In this document: positions 39,475-48,806 of the stretch, piece by piece
Layout of the letters: every line of letters begins with the position of its first letter
Position numbering within the stretch: the stretch's first letter is position 1
DNA from: Rhodospirillaceae bacterium
GTDB taxonomy: Bacteria; Pseudomonadota; Alphaproteobacteria; CACIAM-22H2
Assembly (NCBI GenBank): GCA_009694125.1
Contig: SHVT01000001.1
Span: forward strand, 6,105 to 70,104
Length of the DNA stretch: 64,000 nt
Direction of reading: 5' to 3'
Program-made: the position numbers and the translations under genes
Notes under the pieces: model-generated
Databases searched by the model: none
What the model saw: the letters and a program-made list of their open reading frames with translations, nothing else
What the model was told of the DNA's origin: nothing

Positions 39475-40187
39475 GCGCGCGTTGCCTCCTTCTGATCCGC
39501 CTGCCAGGCGCGTGCGATCTCGACGATGCGGTCGAACGCCATGGTTTCCGGCGGGCCGTCGTAACGCGCCACGATCCAGCGGGCCATGGCCAAATCCGCC
39601 GGCGTATCCACAGTGAGATTGACGCCCGCATAAAGTCCGGGCGGCGCGGTCAGGTTGACGATGCTGAATCGCTCCGGGTGGGCGTAGATAAACCGCGTGA
39701 CGTGCTCGCGGTCTTCGGCGTCGGTGGTTTCTCCGAGCACGCGCCGCAGCGTCTCCGTCGCGACCACTTCGACGCTGTCTCCTGGAGGGAAGCTGCGCGG
39801 AAACACATTGGTCACCATTTCGGCGCCGCCTGCGCCATTGGCGGCGACCGCGCGATCGATCAGGACGGGATCGATGAAGGGGCTATCGCCGGAGATTCGC
39901 ACGACGTGCGAAAGTCCGAACGCATCGGCGCATTCGATGCAACGGCGCAACACATCGTCGGCTTGTCCGCGAAACACCGGAACCCCGAGCAACCCGCCAA
40001 GGGTAGTGATGGGTGAATCGACATCGCGGTCGCTCGTGGCCAGCACCACAAGTTGCGGCGCGCGAGCGGCGGCGACGCGGGCGAGGACATGGGCAAGCAA
40101 CGGCCGGTCGCCGAGGGGTGCGAGCGCCTTGCCCGGCAGACGCCGCGAATCGAAACGGGCGAGGACGAGAGCGCCCGTCGTGCTCAC
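39471..40187 (-). CDS. Cytidylyltransferase-like protein (SpsF / CMP-sugar synthetase family)
   Basis: ARFDSRRLPGK, FRGQADDVL.R, VRISGDSP, REHVT, LTVDTPAD; GTGA overlap. Confidence 0.85.
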   Translation of the reverse strand: MSTTGALVLARFDSRRLPGKALAPLGDRPLLAHVLARVAAARAPQLVVLATSDRDVDSPITTLGGLLGVPVFRGQADDVLRRCIECADAFGLSHVVRISGDSPFIDPVLIDRAVAANGAGGAEMVTNVFPRSFPPGDSVEVVATETLRRVLGETTDAEDREHVTRFIYAHPERFSIVNLTAPPGLYAGVNLTVDTPADLAMARWIVARYDGPPETMAFDRIVEIARAWQADQKEATRA

Positions 40188-41265
40188 GCCCCGGAGACCG
40201 AGCGCTTCGCCCGCTCCCATTCCGCGACGTACCATTCGCAATAACGTTTGTAGCCGTCTTCGAGCGGCCAACGTGCCTTGAACCCAAGCTCGCGTTCGGC
40301 GCGTTCGGTGGACAGCGTGCCGCGAATGGGTTTGTCCTCGGCGCGTGGCCGCTCCTCGAGAATGGCCCCCGGCACGACCGATTTGACCACCTTCGCGAGT
40401 TCGAGAATGGTGCGGGCGCGTCCAAAAGTGATGTTGTAGGTGGACGATGAAATCGGGCCGACATGCAGCGCGAGCGCGCGGACCAAACCGTCCACGAGGT
40501 CGCCGATATAGGTAAAATCAAGCCGGCCGTCCCCGCCGCCTTCGAGCAGCAACGGCTTCCCGACCAACGCGTTTTCGATGAACATTTGGCTCACGCGCCG
40601 GCTGATGCACCGTTCGCCGTAAAGCGCGCTCGGGCGAATGATGGTCGTGCCGAGATTGTATTGATCGCGATAGACGCGAACTAACCGCTCGGCCATGAAC
40701 TTGGTATTGGCATAGATGCCCTTGGGCCGCGGCCGCGCGGATTCATCCACCGTCGGCGTCTCGAAATCGCCATAGACCGTGGACGAACTCATCAGCAGCA
40801 CCTGGTTGAGGTCCTTGGCCGCGAACAGCCGGCTCAATTCAAGCACGTTGCGCAGGGTCAGCAACTGCACGTCAAAGCAGAGTCCGGGATTCTTGCGGGC
40901 GTCGACCGCGCTCGAAATCGCGGACAGATGAACGACCTTGGTCGGGAGGAATTCCTGAAACAGAAGCTCGATATCGAAAACATGGCGGGCGTCGGCGTTG
41001 CGAAGATGGATGCCGGCCTCGTGCATCATCGCGAAGCGATCGAGCAAAAACGTCTGGTAGGCCTGGCGCTGAACGGGATGGCGTTCGCGCACATAGACGC
41101 TGTCGACCAAGCTGTTGAGCAGAGGTTGTCGACGACCATGACCGCCGCGCCCAGTCGCGCGAGCTCCAGGGCCAGGTTGTGGCCGATGAAGCCGGCGCCG
41201 CCGACGAGAAGAATCCTCTGGTCGGCCAAACGCTGGCGCATGGAATCGTAAGGGATGTCGGTCAT
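40184..41265 (-). pseudogene. NAD-dependent epimerase/dehydratase with a one-base frameshift near 41122
   Basis: VGGAGFIG...VVDNL in ORF 41026-41265; SSSTVYG, YANTK, RPSALYG, DFTYI in the frame ending at 40184; span is 3n+2. Confidence 0.8.
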
Positions 41266-41301
41266 GCGGGGTCCCCCCGGTTGCCTCTGGCGAGGATACG
41301 C

Positions 41302-42456
41302 TTAGAGCCTGGCGGCGGCGACAGCATCCTTGAAGGCGCGAGCGACTCGGGCGGCGTCGTCGGCCGTGAGATGCGGACCCACCGGCAGCGAAATGGTCTG
41401 CGCAGCCAGCCATTCGGCGATGGGGAATTGCCCCGGTCGGTAGCCGTATTTGTCCCGGTAATAGCGGAACAGGGGAACCGCCGATGGGTAATGCACGCTC
41501 GATCCGATGCCGCGCGCCGTCAGGGCCGCCACGATCTTGTCGCGATCGAGCCGACCGTCGCGGGGCAATACCGCGTTCAGGCAATAATGGGACGAGACGG
41601 CCTTGCCTTGGACCGCTTCGAATACGGTGACTTCGCCGAGGTCCGAGAGGCCGGCCTTCAGCACGCGGTAGTTTTCCGCGCGGCGTTTTTGGAAGGCATC
41701 GAGTTTGTCGAGTTGGGCGAGCCCGACGGCCGCCTCGATTTCGTTCATGCGGTAATTGTAGCCGAGGGTATTGACGTCATAGATGCCCGGCCGCGCCCTT
41801 TCGCCGATCGCCTTGTCGTAGCCGAAGGCGCGCCGTTGGCGAATCGACGCCGCCAGCCCGTCGTCGTCGGTGGTCACCATGCCGCCTTCGATCGTGGTCA
41901 TGTGTTTGATCGGATAGAACGAGAAGCAGGCCGAATCCCCCAATGTGCCGACTTTGCGGCCGTCATAGACCGCATCCAGGGCCAGCGCGGCATCTTCGAT
42001 GAGGAGCGCACCGGCGCGTTCGGCGAGGGGTCGAATTCGATCCATCTGGCAGGGCAGCCCGAGGTAATGAACGACCGTGATCGCCTTGGTTCGCGCGGTC
42101 ACGGCCGAAGCCACGCCGGCCGGATCGATGTTTCCGGAGTCGGGTGCCACGTCGACGAAGACCGGCCGGGCGCCGCAATATTCGGCGGCATGGGCGGTGG
42201 CAACATGGGTCATCGCCGGCACGATGACCTCATCCCCCGGACCGATGCCCTTGACGAACAGCGATAGGTGGAGTCCGGCGGTGCACGACGACACGGCGAT
42301 GGCGTGGCGGGCGCCCGCCCGCTCCGCGAACCGATGTTCCAGGTCGTGGGTCAGCGGGCCGTGAACCACGGTCGTGCCCTGAAGGACCCGTGTCACGGCG
42401 GCAATTTCGGCGGCGTCGAACATCGGACGCCCAAAGGGGATGGGGTGGTCGCTCAT
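41302..42456 (-). CDS. DegT/DnrJ/EryC1/StrS family sugar aminotransferase
   Basis: SSCTAGLH, EDAA, FSFYPIKHMTTIEGGM, GYNYRM. Confidence 0.92.
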   Translation of the reverse strand: MSDHPIPFGRPMFDAAEIAAVTRVLQGTTVVHGPLTHDLEHRFAERAGARHAIAVSSCTAGLHLSLFVKGIGPGDEVIVPAMTHVATAHAAEYCGARPVFVDVAPDSGNIDPAGVASAVTARTKAITVVHYLGLPCQMDRIRPLAERAGALLIEDAALALDAVYDGRKVGTLGDSACFSFYPIKHMTTIEGGMVTTDDDGLAASIRQRRAFGYDKAIGERARPGIYDVNTLGYNYRMNEIEAAVGLAQLDKLDAFQKRRAENYRVLKAGLSDLGEVTVFEAVQGKAVSSHYCLNAVLPRDGRLDRDKIVAALTARGIGSSVHYPSAVPLFRYYRDKYGYRPGQFPIAEWLAAQTISLPVGPHLTADDAARVARAFKDAVAAARL

Positions 42457-42471
42457 TGGGTTTGGGTCCGC

Positions 42472-43473
42472 TCAGATGAGATAGGAGACTTTCACGGTGC
42501 GGCGTTGATGAATCGATTCCCAGGCGGCAAAGCACACATCCATGACACGGAAAACGTCGGTTGCGGAGACCCCCGGCTCGCGGCCCTCGCGAATGGAGGC
42601 AACAAAGTCGGGGATAAGGTCGCCCTTTTCCATGCCGGGATAGGGGGCGGTTTCCTGAGTTTCGTCCTCCGGGTTGTCGCCGCTGAAAATCTTCGCATGC
42701 GGCGTGTCGTTGATGAAGGTCTTCCGCGTTCCATAGACGTTCAACGCATGGAATTTCGGGCGAGCCGGACCGAAATTGGTGGTGGTCTTGGCGAGCGTGC
42801 CGCCCTCGAACCGCAGCAGGTTGACGAGCAGGTCGTCATAGGGATAACGGCTGCCTCGGGTCAGGATCTTGTTGCCCATGCCGCACACCTCCTCGACCTC
42901 GCGGCCGATCAGCCAGCGCATCAGGTCGATCAGATGGATACCCCCGCCATAGGTCACGCAGTAAAAGGCCATGCGACCCCGCCAGCCCTCGGTGATTTTG
43001 TGCAGGATCTGATGGATGTAGTCGGCCTCGAGATAGACCAGTTCGCCGAACTCGCCAGCCTCGATCATGCGCCGCAACTTGAGAAAGCGAGGACTGGCGC
43101 GAAGGATAAGGTTTGAACTGAGTTTCCGTTTGCTGTCCTGCCAGGCGCGGCAGAGTTTGGCGGCGTCGTCGCGGAACAAAGCTATGGGTTTTTCGATCAT
43201 CACGTGTTTGCCGCTATTTAAGCAGGCAATGGCTTGCTCGGCATGTGCGTCGTCGTATGAACAAATCGAAACGATGTCGATGTCGGGCGCTTCGGCCAAA
43301 CGGCGCCAATCGGTGAAACGTTGCCCGATGCCGTGACGATCGCCCACCTCGCCCAGCTTTTCGGGGTTGATGTCGCAAATCGCGACGACCTCGCAGTTTG
43401 GTGTGCGGCGATAGCTCTTCAGATGTTGTTCGCCGACCCCTAGACCGATGACACCCGTGCGCAGAGTCTTCAT
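42472..43473 (-). CDS. Gfo/Idh/MocA family oxidoreductase
   Basis: VIGLGVG, GKHVMIEKP, GIHLIDL. Confidence 0.9.
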   Translation of the reverse strand: MKTLRTGVIGLGVGEQHLKSYRRTPNCEVVAICDINPEKLGEVGDRHGIGQRFTDWRRLAEAPDIDIVSICSYDDAHAEQAIACLNSGKHVMIEKPIALFRDDAAKLCRAWQDSKRKLSSNLILRASPRFLKLRRMIEAGEFGELVYLEADYIHQILHKITEGWRGRMAFYCVTYGGGIHLIDLMRWLIGREVEEVCGMGNKILTRGSRYPYDDLLVNLLRFEGGTLAKTTTNFGPARPKFHALNVYGTRKTFINDTPHAKIFSGDNPEDETQETAPYPGMEKGDLIPDFVASIREGREPGVSATDVFRVMDVCFAAWESIHQRRTVKVSYLI

Positions 43474-44216
43474 TCGCGGCGAGCCATGGGGGTCAGGTGA
43501 AAGGTGACGGCCTCATCGACGACGGCGAAGGCAAATCGCCGATAAAGCCGGTTGGAGGGAAGGTTCGATGCCTGCGTGCCGGCGCGCATTACTTCGGCGC
43601 GGCCGTCATAGTGGCGCAAGGCGCCGGCGACGAGCGCCGCGCCCAAACCGCGCCCGCGTTGGTCCTGGGCGACGGCGATCAGATCGATGGTCACTTCCGA
43701 CCCGGCCAACCGGCAGATAACGAATCCGGCAATCGCATCGGCTGGGCACGCCACATGGATCGAATCGGCGCGGCCGTCGAAGGCATTGGCCACCCATTTC
43801 GCCTTGATCTCATCGGCGACCGAACGTTCGATTTCCGGGTCGACATGATAGCGATCATAACCGAATGCCGTGCGTGCGATAGCCACACATGCCGCCGCGT
43901 CGATCGCGGTCGCCGGTCGGACGCCGGGCGCCGCCGAGGGCGCCGGTCGCAGCGGTCGGCTGTAGGTGACGAGAGTTTCAATCGGCCGGAAACCGCCGCG
44001 CTCAAGGGCAGAAGCAAGATCCTGACGGGCGGCGGGGATACGACAGGATACGAGGCGGGCTCCGGCGCCACGGGCCTCCTCGACCAGGACACGCACCTCG
44101 TCACCGCCGGGGCTGGCGGACTGTGCCGGAAACGACAATCGAAAGACCGGCCCTCCGAGAATCCCCGATTCAAAGGGCTCCGGCCGCAGCACGGCGGCGG
44201 AGGTGGTTGTGCTCAT
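43470..44216 (-). CDS. GNAT acetyltransferase (WecD/RffC-like)
   Basis: DRYHVDP, IDLIAV...RGRGLG, GTQASN...LY; ATGA overlaps at both ends. Confidence 0.82.
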   Translation of the reverse strand: MSTTTSAAVLRPEPFESGILGGPVFRLSFPAQSASPGGDEVRVLVEEARGAGARLVSCRIPAARQDLASALERGGFRPIETLVTYSRPLRPAPSAAPGVRPATAIDAAACVAIARTAFGYDRYHVDPEIERSVADEIKAKWVANAFDGRADSIHVACPADAIAGFVICRLAGSEVTIDLIAVAQDQRGRGLGAALVAGALRHYDGRAEVMRAGTQASNLPSNRLYRRFAFAVVDEAVTFHLTPMARRE

Positions 44217-45046
44217 CGCGAAGCGGCTGGTGCGAGGAAAGCGCGAAGCGTGAACTTTCCGCTCGGCTCGCGCAGCCGGCGCACAAGATTGGCGCGGCAA
44301 CCGGCCCGCGCGGCAAGCAGGCTCAACGACGTCAGGCTGAAGGCGCAATGATGTTCGACAAAAAACTCTTCGCGCTCCGGCCCCGCCGAAAGCGCCGCCT
44401 CGCCGTCGGGAACCTCCACATAAACGATGCCGCCCGGCGCGGCCAGGGTCGCGGCACGGGCCAGCATCTCGACCATATTCGGAACGTGTTCGATCACCTT
44501 GTTCAGGGTAACAAGCGTGAAGCGGCCGGAAATCGGCGCGGTCATGAAATCGCCGCAGATTGCGGTCATACCGGCGACGTCATTGGCGTGGCGCACGGCG
44601 GCCGGGTCGGGATCGATTCCCGCACATTGCCACCCCGCCGCGCGCATCGCCGCCCCGAATACCGCCAGGCCGGACCCGACATCGAACAATCTGCGTGGCA
44701 AGGCGCCAGCATGTTCACCCGCATAAGCCAGTATCTCGGCGACCCTGTGCCGATTGTCGGAACGATCCGGGGGCAGCGCCATGATCCGGTCGAAAACCTG
44801 CCGCCGGCGATCGCCATAGGTGGCGGTGGCATAGGCACCGGAATAGATGCGATCCAGGTCCATGGCATGACGGTTGACGACATGGCCGCAATTGTCGCAC
44901 CGCCACAATTCGCGGCGATAGTTGGGCAGTCCGAAATCGGTTTCGCCGGGTGGCGGCGCGGTGAATCGATGGCAGAAGCTGTGGCTTGCGCCGCCACACA
45001 AACCGCAGGGTTCAACCGAGGACGTCGCCGCCGCCAAGGCTACCAA
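44213..45046 (-). CDS. Class I SAM-dependent methyltransferase with N-terminal Cys pairs
   Basis: CGLC...CDNC, FDVGSGLA, VIEHV, YVEVPD; start uncertain (TTG 45046/45052 or ATG 45082). Confidence 0.82.
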   Translation of the reverse strand: MVALAAATSSVEPCGLCGGASHSFCHRFTAPPPGETDFGLPNYRRELWRCDNCGHVVNRHAMDLDRIYSGAYATATYGDRRRQVFDRIMALPPDRSDNRHRVAEILAYAGEHAGALPRRLFDVGSGLAVFGAAMRAAGWQCAGIDPDPAAVRHANDVAGMTAICGDFMTAPISGRFTLVTLNKVIEHVPNMVEMLARAATLAAPGGIVYVEVPDGEAALSAGPEREEFFVEHHCAFSLTSLSLLAARAGCRANLVRRLREPSGKFTLRAFLAPAASR

Positions 45047-46155
45047 GTCCAATCCTCGATCAGGAAATCCGGGATCCGCCATTTGCCCTTGTCATTGAGC
45101 CAGATTTCCCGGTTGCGGAAGCCCTTGGTCACATCCCAGAACCAGGCTTCCTTCTCGCCGAGAAATTCGCAAAAGGCCGCGATGTCGGCGGTTGGTACCT
45201 GGAGGCCGATTTTTTTCAATGTCACCAGAGCCTCGTCCCGGCTAAGGAGACCGTAGCGAATTTGCGACGAAAGATCGTCGAAAGCGCGCGTGAACCCGAA
45301 TTTGTACCATTTCAGGAAGTGATGGATCGACAGGAACTGGCAGTCGAGATCGGCGAACGCCCAGACACCAACCTTGAGATAATCGCTGCCGGAAACGAAA
45401 CCGCGGGCGGCGGCCAGACGTGCGTTCTCGAACGAGTTCCACTTGAAAAATGTACCCAGAAAGATCGAATCCGTCATGAATTCGGCTTCGTCGGGAAGCT
45501 GGTAGGGCGTCAATTCCTGCGCAGTGAGACCCTCCGCACCGATCCAGTCATTCGGGCGCGTTCCGAAAAGGCAGCCATGTTTGGCCAGCCAACCGCGATC
45601 CAGCCTGGTCGCGAATCGCTCTTCCTCCTTGCCGCCATATTCAAGCTGCGGGTTCTCGCCCCAGACGATGAGGGGTATGCGGAGTTTGACCGCCAGACGC
45701 AGCGGAATCGCGAACAACGCCATGTGCATGGGCAGCCCGCTGATACCTTTGCGGGTGAAGGCGGCCTTCATGAAACGGCGCTCGACATCGGGGTCGATGC
45801 TGTAATCGATATGGTCGATACCGAGCCGGGCAATCATGCTGTCGAGATTGCGCTGGCCGACCGCGGTGCGCCCGGGCGTGCGCCATGTAATTCCCAGAAC
45901 CTTCAGCCCGGCCTCCTGGCACCGTATCACCTGATACCAGCTATCCTTGCCGCCGCTGACCGGAACGATGCAGTCATAACCCGTGGACCGCGCCTTGGCC
46001 GACGCCACGATTTCCTGGAACGCCGCGGCTCGCGCCGGCCAATCGATTCGCGTTTCCTTGTCGGCATGGCCGGCGCAGGCGGAACAAACGCCGCGATCGT
46101 CGATGGTTATTCCCGGGCGCGTATCGGGCAATATGCAGCGGGAGCAGTATCTCAT
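45040..46155 (-). CDS. N-acetyl sugar amidotransferase (PseA/PtmG/WbuX-like)
   Basis: CSRC..PDTRP...CSAC, PP-loop YDCIVPVSGGKDS, WGENPQLEYGG, KFGFTRA. Confidence 0.9.
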   Translation of the reverse strand: MRYCSRCILPDTRPGITIDDRGVCSACAGHADKETRIDWPARAAAFQEIVASAKARSTGYDCIVPVSGGKDSWYQVIRCQEAGLKVLGITWRTPGRTAVGQRNLDSMIARLGIDHIDYSIDPDVERRFMKAAFTRKGISGLPMHMALFAIPLRLAVKLRIPLIVWGENPQLEYGGKEEERFATRLDRGWLAKHGCLFGTRPNDWIGAEGLTAQELTPYQLPDEAEFMTDSIFLGTFFKWNSFENARLAAARGFVSGSDYLKVGVWAFADLDCQFLSIHHFLKWYKFGFTRAFDDLSSQIRYGLLSRDEALVTLKKIGLQVPTADIAAFCEFLGEKEAWFWDVTKGFRNREIWLNDKGKWRIPDFLIEDWTW

Positions 46156-46370
46156 TGAGATCGCATCCGGTCTGTTGTTTCGGCGGAAGGCCGTGGTTCA
46201 CGATAGGGTGCGATGGTAAATGATTGGTTTATGAATATGACCGCGATCGCGCCTTTGGCCGCCGGGCGGCCAGCACCACTAGTGGCATATTTGCAACGTA
46301 CTCTTCGCCGATTAACTGTATCTCTAATTCCCCTTGAGTTGGGCCCGCCAACGCGGTAGAGCCTATAGCC

Positions 46371-46467
46371 TAGTGGTTCCTGCCTGACGAAAGAGTCCTG
46401 GTTGGGATTCCCCTCGTGCGTTGCACGTGCGAGTCTGGCGCATGCGCACCGGGATATCCATCACCGG
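46371..46467 (+). mobile_element. IS630-family left-end remnant with the first 8 codons of the transposase
   Basis: cTAGTGG-N7-CTGAC end, GATTCCC, then ATG 46442 MRTGISIT, matching recalled alphaproteobacterial IS630 starts. Confidence 0.6.
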
Positions 46468-46499
46468 CCCGCCGATGCACTTTCTCTCCGGCGTTGACA
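46462..46499 (-). mobile_element. IS21-family terminal inverted repeat remnant
   Basis: Minus strand TGTCAACGCCGGAGAGAAAGTGCATCGGCGGGCCGGTG begins exactly where ddpX similarity ends. Confidence 0.6.
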
Positions 46500-46814
46500 C
46501 ACCAGTGTTAGATCGATGGCCGCGCCGCGAGAATGCGGGGAGCCGCGCCGTGGATCGGCGAGGAAATCGGGATCCGGGCGAAACCGCCACATCTTCCATT
46601 GGGCCTCGAGCGGCCGGTAGGCGTCGAATACCTTCAGGCGCAGTCCCAATTCACCGGCAAGCTCGGTGGTTCGCAACAAGCGCGATGCGGCCTCTTCATT
46701 CAGGTAACACGCTGGCTGTCGATAGATCGCATTGCCGGTGAAATTGTCCGTCGTTGCATAGGCGATGCTGGCGATCACGCCGAATCGCGGTTGTGTGATG
46801 TCGACAAGATTCAT
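46500..46814 (-). pseudogene. ddpX: D-Ala-D-Ala dipeptidase (VanX/DdpX family), 3'-truncated
   Basis: YATTDNFTG, FDAYRP, SPHSRGAAIDLTL present; DMG and EWWH motifs absent. Confidence 0.85.
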
Positions 46815-46897
46815 AAGCGCGCACCCTCCTTGCCAGGGACCGTTGTCGCGGCAGGGTGTACCATGGCCTGCGCTTTCGCGGGACGAGATCGGACATC

Positions 46898-47569
46898 ATG
46901 AATATTCTCGCGGTCGATAGTGCAACGAAGGCTTGCTCCGCGGCCGTTTGGCAGGGTGATCGGATCGGCGCGCGGTGTTTTGTACCAACGGTTCGCGGCC
47001 ATGCCGAGATGCTGATTCCCATGGTAGGCGGGGTCATGATGGAGGCCGGCCTTAGGTTTTCGGATCTCGATCGGCTGGCGGTGACGATTGGCCCCGGCCA
47101 TTTCACCGGCCTGCGTGCCGGTCTGGCCGCGATTCGCGGCGTCGCCTTGGCCTCGGGTCTGCCAGTGATTGGGATGACGACACTTTTGGCCGTTGCGCAC
47201 GGCGTCGCCCTGGAGACACGGTTGGGTCGGCGAATCGTGGCGGCATTGGAATCAAAGCGCGCTGAGCTTTACGTCCAGGTGTTTGACGAGCGGTTGGTGC
47301 CGCTGTCCGCGCCCCTGGCGCTAACGCCGATGGCGGCCGCGGCAAACTTGCGCGGCCCTGTTCTCCTTGTCGGTGATGGCGCAATCCGTCTGATGGCGGC
47401 TTTGGCTGATGGGCAGGCAGAGTTCGCCGATGCCGGCGCCTGGCCGGATGCCGGCGTTGTCGCCAGGGCGGCGGCGGCTTTGCCCGAGCCAACCGCGGGG
47501 GACCATCCGACGCCTCTTTATCTCCATCCCGTCGAAGCCCAAATTCCGGCGTCGGACGGGGGGCGCTGA
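46898..47569 (+). CDS. tsaB: t6A biosynthesis protein TsaB
   Basis: ILAVDSA, GHAE.L, TIGPG.FTGLR, P.PLY. Confidence 0.92.
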   Translation: MNILAVDSATKACSAAVWQGDRIGARCFVPTVRGHAEMLIPMVGGVMMEAGLRFSDLDRLAVTIGPGHFTGLRAGLAAIRGVALASGLPVIGMTTLLAVAHGVALETRLGRRIVAALESKRAELYVQVFDERLVPLSAPLALTPMAAAANLRGPVLLVGDGAIRLMAALADGQAEFADAGAWPDAGVVARAAAALPEPTAGDHPTPLYLHPVEAQIPASDGGR

Positions 47570-47571
47570 CC

Positions 47572-48075
47572 ATGAACCAAAGACTACCGCGGCCGATGCG
47601 AGCCGCCGATGTGTCGGCTGTGGCCGCGCTCTACAAACAATGCCTTTCGGAAACCTGGAGCGCGGCTTCCATGGGGCAGTTCATATCGCGTACGGGTGTG
47701 ATCGCCCTCTTGATGGAAGATCCGGATGTCTTCCCCGGGGATCCCGTGGCGTTTATGATTGCTCGCGTGGTCGGGGAAGACGGGGAGATTCTGTCGCTCG
47801 GCGTTCTTAGCCAACGCCGTCGGCGCGGCGTTGCCGCGCGGCTGGTCACCGCCATCTTGCGGCGGGCAGCGGCCATGGGCGCGCGCCAGATCTTCCTTGA
47901 AGTCGCGGAGGACAATAATGCGGCACGCGCGTTATATGCCGGGCTTGGCTTTGACGTTGTCGGCCGGAGAACTGCCTATTATCGCCGCCGCGACGCCGCA
48001 CCCGTCGATGCCTTGACGATGAGCCGCAAGCTGGCGCAAGAGGCGGAGATCGTCTCCACGCTTCGTCGGCGTTGA
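47572..48075 (+). CDS. rimI: RimI-like GNAT acetyltransferase
   Basis: EILSLGV...RRRGVA, FLEVAEDN..ARALY..LGF...GRR.AYY; follows tsaB. Confidence 0.85.
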   Translation: MNQRLPRPMRAADVSAVAALYKQCLSETWSAASMGQFISRTGVIALLMEDPDVFPGDPVAFMIARVVGEDGEILSLGVLSQRRRRGVAARLVTAILRRAAAMGARQIFLEVAEDNNAARALYAGLGFDVVGRRTAYYRRRDAAPVDALTMSRKLAQEAEIVSTLRRR

Positions 48076-48122
48076 TCCGGGGTGGTTGCGCCTTCTTGGC
48101 AAATTTGTCTCAAGACCGTCAT

Positions 48123-48151
48123 TTGCCAGGCGGCGCTTTCGCTCATATAAG
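48123..48151 (+). promoter_or_regulatory. Sigma70-type promoter
   Basis: TTGCCA-N17-TATAAG. Confidence 0.5.
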
Positions 48152-48246
48152 TCGCATTGTCCGCATCGTAGGGCACGTTTTGGCACCGAGTAATGAATCA
48201 TCCTCGACTCGCGAGCCCAACCCCCGCTGGCGTTCCTTGCCCAAAT

Positions 48247-48267
48247 AAACCCGCACCAGCGGGTTTT
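48247..48267 (+). terminator. Intrinsic terminator-like hairpin
   Basis: AAACCCGC-ACCA-GCGGGTTTT. Confidence 0.55.
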
Positions 48268-48342
48268 GTACCCGGCGGCGCCACTTCGATATATACTTTC
48301 CTCGATACGATCCGATACGGGTGGGTGGCCTTGCCGGTGGAA

Positions 48343-48801
48343 ATGACAAGCGACGAGAAGTCAGGACGCGTCGAATCGCGCCTTGAAAGGCTCTGCCTCG
48401 AAAAGGGCTTGAAGATGACCGGCCAGCGCCGCGTGATCGCTCGTGTCCTCTCCGACGCGAGTGATCATCCGGACGTCGAGCAAGTCTACAATCGCGCCGT
48501 TGCCATCGACTCCCGAATCAGCATCGCCACGGTCTATCGAACGTTACGGTTGTTCGAGGAGGCCAGCATCCTTTCGCGGCACGAATTCGGCAGCGGTCGT
48601 TCACGTTACGAAGAGGCGCGTGAGGATCATCACGACCATCTGATCGACATTCAATCCGGTCGCGTGATCGAATTCCGCAATGAAACGATTGAGACTCTGC
48701 AGCAGGAGATTGCGCGCGAGCTTGGCTATCGGCTCGTGGGGCACCGCTTGGAGCTTTATGCTTCACCCCTGAACGCGGTGCCGAAATCCGAAAAGACATG
48801 A
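48343..48801 (+). CDS. fur: Fur-family regulator (Fur/Mur)
   Basis: MTGQRRVI, DHPDVE, SIATVYRTL, HHDHLID. Confidence 0.9.
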   Translation: MTSDEKSGRVESRLERLCLEKGLKMTGQRRVIARVLSDASDHPDVEQVYNRAVAIDSRISIATVYRTLRLFEEASILSRHEFGSGRSRYEEAREDHHDHLIDIQSGRVIEFRNETIETLQQEIARELGYRLVGHRLELYASPLNAVPKSEKT

Positions 48802-48806
48802 ATTGA

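Noticed and set aside
46283..46330. Sigma54-like TGGCATATTTGCA and CtrA-like TTAA site near the sugar cluster
   Set aside because: GG-to-GC spacing is 7 rather than 10, and the second TTAA half-site is missing.
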